In this document: piece by piece, positions 1 through 6,788 of the stretch
Layout: every line of letters begins with the position of its first letter
How positions within the stretch are numbered: position 1 is the stretch's first letter
From: Armatimonadota bacterium
Lineage (GTDB): Bacteria; Armatimonadota; SYMT01
Assembly: GCA_046292385.1 (NCBI GenBank)
Contig: JBKBRF010000082.1
Span: 1 to 14,555, forward strand
Direction: 5' to 3'
Length of the DNA stretch: 14,555 bases
Notes under the pieces: generated by a model
Database searches by the model: none
What the model was told of the DNA's origin: nothing
Seen by the model: the letters and a program-made list of their open reading frames with translations, nothing else
Translations under genes and position numbers: made by a program

Positions 1-227
1 AGTCTCCCTTTCGACGAGAGGGAATCTCATCCGGGCTAGCCTGTGGAGTGCGAATGCTTGCTTTCGCGCCCCGCGCCAGCGGGGCACCGGAGAAGCTTCC
101 CGATTTCGCCAACAGTATCCTTGCGCGGCCTCCCTTCCGGAATGCACTCCCTCACGCAGAGGGGTGGCCTCGCCGCAGGTGCTCCAGGCGTGTGCCGCCG
201 CGGCTCACCCTCTTCCAGGGTGCCGTC

Positions 228-1112
228 TTACTTCTTCGCCGGGACCGGCTTTCCGGCGACTTTCTGCCATGAGGACGTCCAGCTCAGCTCCATCGTGCCC
301 TGGCCGTTGAGCTCGCCCTTCACGCCGTCCTCGTCAATGGTGCCGGTCATTCCGGCGGGACCCCGAAGGCGGGCGGAAAGGGTGCGCTGGAGGTCGAGCG
401 CGTGGTAGAGGTCGCCGGTGAGCTGCGCCTTGAGCGGGCCGGGCGCGCCTTCCTCCGCCGCCTCGAGATCGAGGGTGATGGCGACGTGCGCGCACTGCCG
501 GCCGGCGAACGGCTTGATCCCTACCAGCCTGCCGGTGAGCTCCGCCTTGGTGGCGCCCTGGAAGAGCCGCTGCGCGGCCTTCGGGTCGACGGCCCACTCC
601 TCTCCCACCGCCAGCGCCCGGGGCGGGAAGAAGTGGAACCCGGAGTCCTCCAGGGCGCCCTTCAGCTCGTCGCGCTCCTCTGCCGCAAGCGTGCCGCGGG
701 CCACGGTGACGGTGGTCTTCCCGCCGGAGCGGCGGACGGTGACGGTCTTGCCCTGGCGACCCAGCACGCGGGTCTCCGGCTGCCCCGCCTCGTTCGTCTC
801 CTGCACCCGGGCGATCGAGTAGACGCGGCGGAGCGCGGAAGGTCCTTTCGAGTCGGCAGCCAGGATCGTCTCCGTATACTTCTCTCGCTCCCGCGAGGCG
901 TACCGGATCGGCGGCAGGTCGAGCCCGGAGCCGCTCAGGGTGACGTCCATCGAGACCGCCATGACGCTCTCGTTGGTGCTGACGTCTCCCGCGGCGACCA
1001 GCTCCTTCAGCGTGTACTTCTTCGGCTGCTGCGCGGCGGAGCCGGTAGCGAGCAGCACCGCCGCGGCAGCCGCGGCGGACAACAGCGCTCGACGGTGGTA
1101 AGGCATCGTCAT
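228..1112 (-). CDS. Secreted hypothetical protein, beta-rich, possible Tat signal (weakly DUF6263-like)
   Basis: C-terminal part of ORF 228..1664. MTMPYHRRALLSAAAAAAVLLATGSAA is a signal-peptide-like N-terminus with twin Arg. ATG at 1112 overlaps the VOC stop (ATGA); an alternative ATG at 1106 has AGAGGA 6 nt upstream. Confidence 0.75.
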   Translation of the reverse strand: MTMPYHRRALLSAAAAAAVLLATGSAAQQPKKYTLKELVAAGDVSTNESVMAVSMDVTLSGSGLDLPPIRYASREREKYTETILAADSKGPSALRRVYSIARVQETNEAGQPETRVLGRQGKTVTVRRSGGKTTVTVARGTLAAEERDELKGALEDSGFHFFPPRALAVGEEWAVDPKAAQRLFQGATKAELTGRLVGIKPFAGRQCAHVAITLDLEAAEEGAPGPLKAQLTGDLYHALDLQRTLSARLRGPAGMTGTIDEDGVKGELNGQGTMELSWTSSWQKVAGKPVPAKK

Positions 1113-1501
1113 TCCTCTGGTCGGGCCGGGTCGGAGTAGATCAACACGAGATTGCCGGCCGGGTCGCGCGCCACGAAGTCCCGGCTGCCCCAGGGATGCT
1201 CGCGGATGCCGCGGAGGAGCTCCACTCCGGCCGCGGCGAGGCGCGCGTGCTCCGCGTCGAGATCGTCCACCTCCAGCGCGAGCTGCCAGCCCGACGCGGG
1301 AGTATCGAGCACCCCGGCGGAGGCGAGGTCCTGCTCCATCAGCTCGACCTCTGCTTCCCCGGCGGCGAGAAACGCTCCGCGGTCGCCCGGCAGGTCCCAC
1401 CCGCCGGTTTCCGGCAGGCGCAGCACGTCGCGGTAGAACTCCCGCAGGCGCTCCCAGTCGGAGCTGGGCGCGTGGATCAGGCGCAGTCTTCGGATCGGCA
1501 T
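1109..1501 (-). CDS. VOC family protein (glyoxalase/bleomycin resistance/dioxygenase superfamily)
   Basis: Motifs FYRDVLRL, LALEVDDLDAEHARLAAAGV and PWGSRDFVARDPAGNLV. Start placed at ATG 1501 (MPIRRLRLIH), giving 130 aa, typical for the family. Confidence 0.9.
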   Translation of the reverse strand: MPIRRLRLIHAPSSDWERLREFYRDVLRLPETGGWDLPGDRGAFLAAGEAEVELMEQDLASAGVLDTPASGWQLALEVDDLDAEHARLAAAGVELLRGIREHPWGSRDFVARDPAGNLVLIYSDPARPEE

Positions 1502-1531
1502 CGGAATAGAGGTGGACCGGTCCCCAGCCTG

Positions 1532-1540
1532 AGCATAACA
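1532..1540 (-). promoter_or_regulatory. Possible extended -10 promoter for the VOC gene
   Basis: Minus strand reads TGtTATGCT about 30 nt upstream of ATG 1501; no recognisable -35. Confidence 0.3.
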
Positions 1541-1584
1541 CGCGCGGGGGTGAACCGCTGGGGGCCGGCGTGCGTCTACTTCTA

Positions 1585-1613
1585 TTGCTGCAGTGGACAA
1601 TTCGGTCTAGAAT
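1585..1613 (+). promoter_or_regulatory. Putative sigma70-type promoter for the lytic transglycosylase
   Basis: TTGCTG (1585-1590), 17-nt spacer, TAGAAT (1608-1613) in an AT-richer divergent intergenic region; AGGAG at 1653-1657 precedes ATG 1668. Confidence 0.55.
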
Positions 1614-1667
1614 GAATCGTCCACCTCGTTTTACCCTGCGCCCATCCCCTTCAGGAGTACCCACCGG

Positions 1668-2762
1668 ATGCGCCCTGTACTTCGTGTGTCGCTCGCCGCT
1701 CTGCTGCTCGGAGCCTCAGCCGCGGCATGGTCGAGCCCCTACAAGCTCGCCGACGCCTACTTCGAGCTGCGCGACCGCGCGCAGGTGGTGGTGGACTTCA
1801 GCGAAGGCGAGGTGCAGACGCAGCCGCAGCAGTTCGAAGGCAAGCTGCTGGAAGTGCGCGGGCTCATCTCCGCCGTGGTCGACTCGGGCAGCCAGCTCAC
1901 GCTCCTGATCCAGCCGCCCGCGCCCGGCTCCCCCGCGATGACGGTGCTGGTGAATTCCGAGAAGAAGCCCGCCGGAACCGAATTCCTCGACGTCCGCAAC
2001 ACTATCCGCGCGCTCTGCCGCGTGGTGACCCTGGAAGGCTCCGCCAGCGGCGCGCTGGAGCTGGTGCGTGTGGTGAAGGAGCACGAGGCGGCGGCGATCG
2101 ACCAGTCCCGCCAGAGCGCCCGCGAGGCGGCGGAGGCGAAGCGCGCGGCGGAAGCGCGGAAGCAGGCGCTGCAGCGGCAGCAGCCGCTCACCAGCCGTCA
2201 CAGCGTCGGTTCGGCGGTCCGCCAGGCGCCGGTCCGCCCGAAAGCGGCGCCGCAGGCCCCGGGCCGCACCTACACGCGGCACGAGCTGGTCGATGTCTAC
2301 GGCAACGCCGTCCGCTACTTCAACCGGCGCCTGAGCGTGCCGGAGTCGAAGGAGATCGCCGGGATCATCCTCGAGTACTCCGACCGCTACGGCCTCGACC
2401 CGCGGCTGGTGATGGCGGTGATCGCCGTGGAGAGCAACTTCAACGCCGGCGCCGTCTCCCACGCCGGCGCGCAGGGCCTGGGGCAGCTGATGCCGGGGAC
2501 CGCCGGCGACCTGGGTGTCGCGAACCCGTTCGACAAACGGTCGAACCTGGAGGGCAGCACCCGCCTGTTGAGCCGGCACATCCAGAACATGTCGAAGGAC
2601 GGCAAGCCGACCGAGGAGGCGATCCGCCTCGCCCTGGCCTGCTACAACGCCGGTGCCGGCGCGGTGAAGAAGTACAAGGGCATCCCGCCGTACCGCGAGA
2701 CCCAGAACTACGTCAAGAAGATCACGCGGCTCTACCGCCAGATGTGCGGCTACGAAAATTAG
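1668..2762 (+). CDS. Lytic transglycosylase (SLT domain) protein with signal peptide and N-terminal OB-fold-like domain
   Basis: Signal peptide; SLT motifs AVIAVESNFN (catalytic Glu), GAQGLGQLMPGTA, ALACYNAGAGAV and IPPYRETQNYVKKI. Confidence 0.92.
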   Translation: MRPVLRVSLAALLLGASAAAWSSPYKLADAYFELRDRAQVVVDFSEGEVQTQPQQFEGKLLEVRGLISAVVDSGSQLTLLIQPPAPGSPAMTVLVNSEKKPAGTEFLDVRNTIRALCRVVTLEGSASGALELVRVVKEHEAAAIDQSRQSAREAAEAKRAAEARKQALQRQQPLTSRHSVGSAVRQAPVRPKAAPQAPGRTYTRHELVDVYGNAVRYFNRRLSVPESKEIAGIILEYSDRYGLDPRLVMAVIAVESNFNAGAVSHAGAQGLGQLMPGTAGDLGVANPFDKRSNLEGSTRLLSRHIQNMSKDGKPTEEAIRLALACYNAGAGAVKKYKGIPPYRETQNYVKKITRLYRQMCGYEN

Positions 2763-2835
2763 CCCGCGCTCCCAACTCGCTCTCCACGACGGCACAGCCT
2801 CCCCGGCTGTGCCGTCCGTACATCCGGAGGTCCGT

Positions 2836-3789
2836 ATGTCGTTCCTCAAGCGCCTCTTCGGCCATCCTCCCGTGCCGGAGTGGGCGTCGTTCCTCAAGCC
2901 GGAGCAGTTCGACCGGTTCATCTCCCTGGTGGAGCGGGAGCTTCGACGTCTCGGTTTCGCGTTCCAGACGGACCGGAGCGCCGGCGTGATCGCCGCCAGG
3001 AAGGAGGGCCGGCAGGACTCGCATCAGCTGGGGCTGACTAACCTGGCGCAGCGGTGCGCGCAGACTTCGGAGGCTGATTGGCCGGATGTGGTGGCCAAGC
3101 ACGTGGGCGCTCTCGTCTCGATCGAGTCAAGCCAGACATTCCTGGAGTCGCTCAAGAACGACTTCGAGAAGGCCCGAGAGCTCCTCAAGATTCGGATCTA
3201 CGACGCCGCGGCCCTCGCTGAGATGCCGGAGGGAAGCCACGTTTACTGGCGACCGGCAGACGGGATAGTCGCCGCGCTGACCTTCGACCTTCCGACCACG
3301 GTGGCGACGGTGAGCTCCGATCATGTGGAGGCCTGGGGCCGCGAGCCGGAAGAGCTGTTCCGCATCGGCCTGGAGAATGTCCGGGCCACGCGGCTGCAAG
3401 CGGAGGAGGTCGCGGTGGATGAGGAGGTCCGGATCACTGTGCTGGAGGCGGAGGCAGAAGACTTCTTCACCGCCACCCGCGCGCTCGTGCTGGAGGACTA
3501 CCTGGATCCGATCCCGGAGCTGGGGGCGATCGTCGCCATCCCTCACCGGGAGGCGCTGCTGGTCTACCCAATCCGGGACTCCTCCGTGCTCCCCGCGATC
3601 CAATCGCTGCTCCCGATCACCCTGGGGATGTACGACGAAGGGCCGGGTTCGATCAGCCCGCACCTCTTCTGGTGGCACCGGGGAGAGCTGACCTGCCTGC
3701 CGGCAGCAGTAGAAGGCGACACGATCGAGTTCCAGCCGCCGAGAGAGTTCGTCGACGGGGTGCTCAGCCGGGTAGTGGAATCTACTTAA
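2836..3789 (+). CDS. Hypothetical protein, DUF1444-like C-terminal region
   Basis: GGAGG at 2826-2830 then ATG 2836 (MSFLKRLFG). Segments WGREPEELFRIGLENV, GAIVAIPHREALLV and YDEGPGSISPHLFWW resemble DUF1444-type proteins by recollection, not by search. Confidence 0.7.
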   Translation: MSFLKRLFGHPPVPEWASFLKPEQFDRFISLVERELRRLGFAFQTDRSAGVIAARKEGRQDSHQLGLTNLAQRCAQTSEADWPDVVAKHVGALVSIESSQTFLESLKNDFEKARELLKIRIYDAAALAEMPEGSHVYWRPADGIVAALTFDLPTTVATVSSDHVEAWGREPEELFRIGLENVRATRLQAEEVAVDEEVRITVLEAEAEDFFTATRALVLEDYLDPIPELGAIVAIPHREALLVYPIRDSSVLPAIQSLLPITLGMYDEGPGSISPHLFWWHRGELTCLPAAVEGDTIEFQPPREFVDGVLSRVVEST

Positions 3790-5029
3790 GCTCCGACTCG
3801 CCGTCTTTGTAGTGGAGGAGCCGGGGGAAACGAGAAGCGATGCCGAGCACCACGAAGAGGCAGCCGATCCCCCCGGAGATGACGGAGAACGGCGCGCCGA
3901 GCCAGCCCGCCACGAGCCCCGCCTCCAGCTCGCCGAGCTGGGGCCCGCCGCGGACGAAGAGCATGTTGATGGCGGTCATGCGGCCGCGCATCTCGTCCGG
4001 CGTGTAGAGCTGGCGGATCGTCTGCCGCAGCACCATGCTCACCGTATCGGCCGCGCCGGTGCCGACCAGCGCCAGGAAGCAGATCCAGAAGGAGCGGGAG
4101 AGGCCGAAGGCAATCGTCGCCAGGCCGTAGCAGAAGACGGCCGCGAGCACGGCAGCGCCCTGACGGCGGATCGGCGGCGCGAGGGAGAGCCCCAGGGCGG
4201 CGGCGACCGCCCCGACCGACGCCGCGGCCGAGAGCCAGCCGTATCCCGCCGGCCCGACCTTCAGGATGTCCCGCGCATAGACCGGCAGCAGGATACTGGC
4301 GGAGGAGAAGAAGCTCGCCAGGAAGTCGAGCACCATCAGCGAGAGCAGCAGCCGGGAGTTGAGGACGAAGCGGAGTCCTTCGACGGCGGACTGCAAGCTC
4401 ACGCGCGGGCGCGGAGCGTCGGAGCCGGGCGAGACCGGCCGCATCAGGAGCAGCGCCGCGATCACCGCGCCGAACGACACGGCGTTGGCCGCGTAGACCC
4501 AGCCGACTCCGAGCTGCGCCACCACCAGGCCCATCAGCGCCGGCCCGGCGATCGAGGCGAGCTGGGAGCTGATCGAGTTGAGGCTCACGGCCTTCGCCAG
4601 CAGCTCCCGCGGGATCAGGAGCGGGGTTAGCGACTGCCGCGCCGGGGCGTCGAGCGAGCCGATGCCGGCCGTGAACCCCGCCACCGCGTAGATGAGCCAG
4701 GGCGTGTCGTAGCCGTTCAGCGTCGCCCACGAGAGCCAGCCGGCGAGCAGCGCCATCATGCTCTGGGAAAAGAGCATCAGCATTCGCCGGTTCAGTGCGT
4801 CCGCAAGCACGCCGCCGATCAGCGCGAAGGCGATGAGCGGCAGCAGCCGCGCCAGGCCGATCCAGCCGAGCGCGTACTCGGAGTGGGTGAGCTCGTAGAC
4901 GTGCCAGAGCAGTGCCGCGCTCTGCATGCGGGTGCCGACCAGCGAAGAGACCTGCCCCATCCAGAGGAGCCGGAAGTCGCGGTACTGGAGCACCGTCAGC
5001 GGCGTTGCGGATCGGTTCGGCAGGGACAT
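3782..5029 (-). CDS. MFS transporter (MFS_3 / EntS-DHA3-like)
   Basis: 415 aa with about 12 hydrophobic segments; N-terminal YRDFRLLWMGQVSSLVGTRMQ, motif A GGVLADALNRR and C-terminal TPDEMRGR. Confidence 0.92.
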   Translation of the reverse strand: MSLPNRSATPLTVLQYRDFRLLWMGQVSSLVGTRMQSAALLWHVYELTHSEYALGWIGLARLLPLIAFALIGGVLADALNRRMLMLFSQSMMALLAGWLSWATLNGYDTPWLIYAVAGFTAGIGSLDAPARQSLTPLLIPRELLAKAVSLNSISSQLASIAGPALMGLVVAQLGVGWVYAANAVSFGAVIAALLLMRPVSPGSDAPRPRVSLQSAVEGLRFVLNSRLLLSLMVLDFLASFFSSASILLPVYARDILKVGPAGYGWLSAAASVGAVAAALGLSLAPPIRRQGAAVLAAVFCYGLATIAFGLSRSFWICFLALVGTGAADTVSMVLRQTIRQLYTPDEMRGRMTAINMLFVRGGPQLGELEAGLVAGWLGAPFSVISGGIGCLFVVLGIASRFPRLLHYKDGESELK

Positions 5030-5112
5030 ACTTCAGGGCCGCCGTACCGCAGCAGCACGACGGCAGCGTGGCGAAGGGCGGGGGGATAGGAGGCGCAAGG
5101 GAGGGGCGGCAC
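4996..5112 (-). pseudogene. 38-codon ORF with strong SD; possible 5' remnant of an MDR (zinc-binding dehydrogenase/quinone reductase) gene, or a leader peptide
   Basis: AAAGGAGG (5120-5127) lies 7 nt before GTG 5112. Translation MPPLPCASYPPALRHAAVVLLRYGGPEVCPCRTDPQRR*; AVVLLRYGGPEV resembles the MDR N-terminal motif. Out of frame with, and overlapping, the MFS start. Confidence 0.4.
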
Positions 5113-5140
5113 TGCTGCTCCTCCTTTCGAGTCTCTCATC

Positions 5141-6232
5141 TTACGGCACGTGAAACAGGAGATTCTCCCCGGAAGCGGCGTCGAAGAGATGGAGTTTCTC
5201 GGGTCGGAAGCGGAAGCGCGCGGTGTCGCCGCGGTCGAGCCGGCAGTCCGGATCGGCGCGCAGCCGCAGCGTCTCGCCCTCCACCGTGACCGTGAGGAAG
5301 ACGTCGGAGCCGACCGGCTCCCGCACCGTCACCCGTCCGTCGATCCAGGGGTCGGTGGTGGGTCCCTCTGCTCCGGCGAGCTGCACGTCTTCCGGCCGGA
5401 TCCCGAGGCGCACCTTTTCTGGGGACCCCAGCCGCTCGCGGACCGCCTGGGAGAGCGGCACCCGTATGCCGGGGGCGACGAACGCCGCGTCCGCCAGCTC
5501 TCCGCTTACGAAGTTCATCGGCGGGCTGCCCATGAACCCGGCGACGAACTCGTTGGCCGGGCGGCGGTAGATGTCGTCGGGTGTGCCGAGCTGCTGGAGC
5601 CGCCCGCCGTGCATCACGGCGATCCGGTCGCTCATCGTGAGCGCCTCGGCCTGGTCGTGCGTCACGTAGACGAATGTCTTCTCCAGCTCGTAGTGGAGCC
5701 GCTTCAGCTCCGTGCGCATGGTGATCCGGAGCCGCGCGTCGAGGTTGGAAAGCGGCTCGTCGAGCAGGAAGACCCGCGGGTCCCGCACGATCGCCCGCGC
5801 CAGCGCCACCCGCTGGCGCTGACCGCCGGAGAGCTGCCGGGGGCGGCGGTCCAGCAGGTGAGAGATCTCCAGCCGCTCCGCCGCGGCGCGCGCCCGCTCC
5901 TCCGCCTCCGCCCGCTTCATCCCCCGGTTCAGCAGCCCGAAGGTGATGTTCTGCAGGCAGGTCATGTGCGGGTAGAGCGCGTAGGTCTGGAACACCATCG
6001 CGATGTCCCGCTTCTCCGGCGGCAGATGCCCCACTTCCACCCCGTCGAAGCGGATGCTGCCCGAAGTCAGCTCCTCCAGCCCCGCCAGCAGGTTCAGCGT
6101 CGTCGTCTTCCCGCACCCGGAAGGCCCGAGCAAGGTGAGGAACTCGCGGTCCCGCACCCGCAAGTCGAGGCACTCCACCGCGCTCACCGCGCCGAACCGC
6201 TTGTGGACCTTCTCCAGGATCACTTCAGCCAT
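5141..6232 (-). CDS. Carbohydrate ABC transporter ATP-binding protein (MalK/UgpC/MsmK family)
   Basis: Walker A GPSGCGKTT, Q-loop VFQTYALYPH, signature LSGGQRQR, Walker B FLLDEPLSNLD, H-loop YVTHDQ, FVAGFMGSPPMN and a C-terminal TOBE-type region. Confidence 0.97.
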   Translation of the reverse strand: MAEVILEKVHKRFGAVSAVECLDLRVRDREFLTLLGPSGCGKTTTLNLLAGLEELTSGSIRFDGVEVGHLPPEKRDIAMVFQTYALYPHMTCLQNITFGLLNRGMKRAEAEERARAAAERLEISHLLDRRPRQLSGGQRQRVALARAIVRDPRVFLLDEPLSNLDARLRITMRTELKRLHYELEKTFVYVTHDQAEALTMSDRIAVMHGGRLQQLGTPDDIYRRPANEFVAGFMGSPPMNFVSGELADAAFVAPGIRVPLSQAVRERLGSPEKVRLGIRPEDVQLAGAEGPTTDPWIDGRVTVREPVGSDVFLTVTVEGETLRLRADPDCRLDRGDTARFRFRPEKLHLFDAASGENLLFHVP

Positions 6233-6659
6233 GCGATCGCTCTTTGTGTAAGAAGGGGGATGAGGGGATGTGGGGGGATAAGGGGATGGGACTCTTAAGG
6301 GCCTCGACTCGCCGGAAATCGGCCTTCTCTTTCGCGAAGTTCACCAGGATCCCCAGCTCGAGTCCGGTGGCTTTCAGATAGGACCGGAGCTGCGCGTAGT
6401 GAGCCCGGCTGAGCTCTTCAACCGTCTTCAATTCGATGATGATCCTGCCTTCCACCAGAATGTCGAGCCGGTGTGTCCCCACCTCCTCACCGTCGTAGAC
6501 GACGGTAATCGACTTCTCCTTCTCCACCCGCAAGCCACGCTTCACCAGCTCGAGAATGAGCGCCTCCCGATAGATGTTCTCGAGAAATCCAGGTCCGAGC
6601 ACCTGGTGCACCCGAATGATCGCACTGATCACGAGTCGGGTAAGTGCTGCATCATCCAT
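6225..6659 (-). CDS. GxxExxY protein (PD-(D/E)XK nuclease superfamily, PDDEXK_3)
   Basis: VHQVLGPGFLENIY contains G-x-x-E-x-x-Y; RLDILVEGRIIIELK has the D...ExK core; AQLRSYLKATGLELGILVNF matches the family C-terminal block. ATG 6659 with GAGG 7 nt upstream. Confidence 0.93.
   Translation of the reverse strand: MDDAALTRLVISAIIRVHQVLGPGFLENIYREALILELVKRGLRVEKEKSITVVYDGEEVGTHRLDILVEGRIIIELKTVEELSRAHYAQLRSYLKATGLELGILVNFAKEKADFRRVEALKSPIPLSPHIPSSPFLHKERSHG
6246..6292 (+). repeat. Left arm of the inverted repeat flanking the GxxExxY gene
   Basis: GTGTAAGAAGGGGGATGAGGGGATGTGGGGGGATAAGGGGATGGGAC (47 nt). Its reverse complement aligns by hand to 6735-6782 with 4 mismatches and 1 gap. Confidence 0.93.
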
Positions 6660-6734
6660 CACGAAGCCTCGATTCTGGAGCGAGCGCCCGAATCTGCCGG
6701 AACGCAACGCCAATGGTCGGGTGCCAATTTGCAG

Positions 6735-6782
6735 GTCCCATCCCCATATCTCCCCCCATCCCCCTCATCTCCCTTCTTACAC
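6735..6782 (-). repeat. Right arm of the inverted repeat flanking the GxxExxY gene
   Basis: GTCCCATCCCCATATCTCCCCCCATCCCCCTCATCTCCCTTCTTACAC (48 nt), 43/48 identical to the reverse complement of 6246-6292. Weaker pairing extends out to 6239/6789. Confidence 0.93.
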
Positions 6783-6788
6783 CAACAG

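Noticed and set aside
55..112. Possible c-di-GMP-I riboswitch on the minus strand (GGCGAAA ... GCGAAAGC)
   Set aside because: It lacks the GNRA tetraloop/receptor and the expected P2-P3 spacing.
1641..1651. CCCATCCCCTT matching part of the GxxExxY arm (similar text near 10328)
   Set aside because: An 11-nt low-complexity match without the repeat periodicity; likely chance.
1113..1664. N-terminal extension of ORF 228..1664 (478 aa)
   Set aside because: It overlaps the VOC gene in another frame and is Arg/Gly/Pro-rich shadow sequence; the signal peptide starts at 1112 or 1106.
6660..6713. Upstream TTG start for the GxxExxY ORF (162 aa)
   Set aside because: Family similarity begins at MDDAALT, and ATG 6659 has a GAGG at suitable spacing.
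6729..6736. TTGCAGGT next to the right arm, resembling the 13004 heptamer
   Set aside because: A single short copy; not enough to link the two repeat families.
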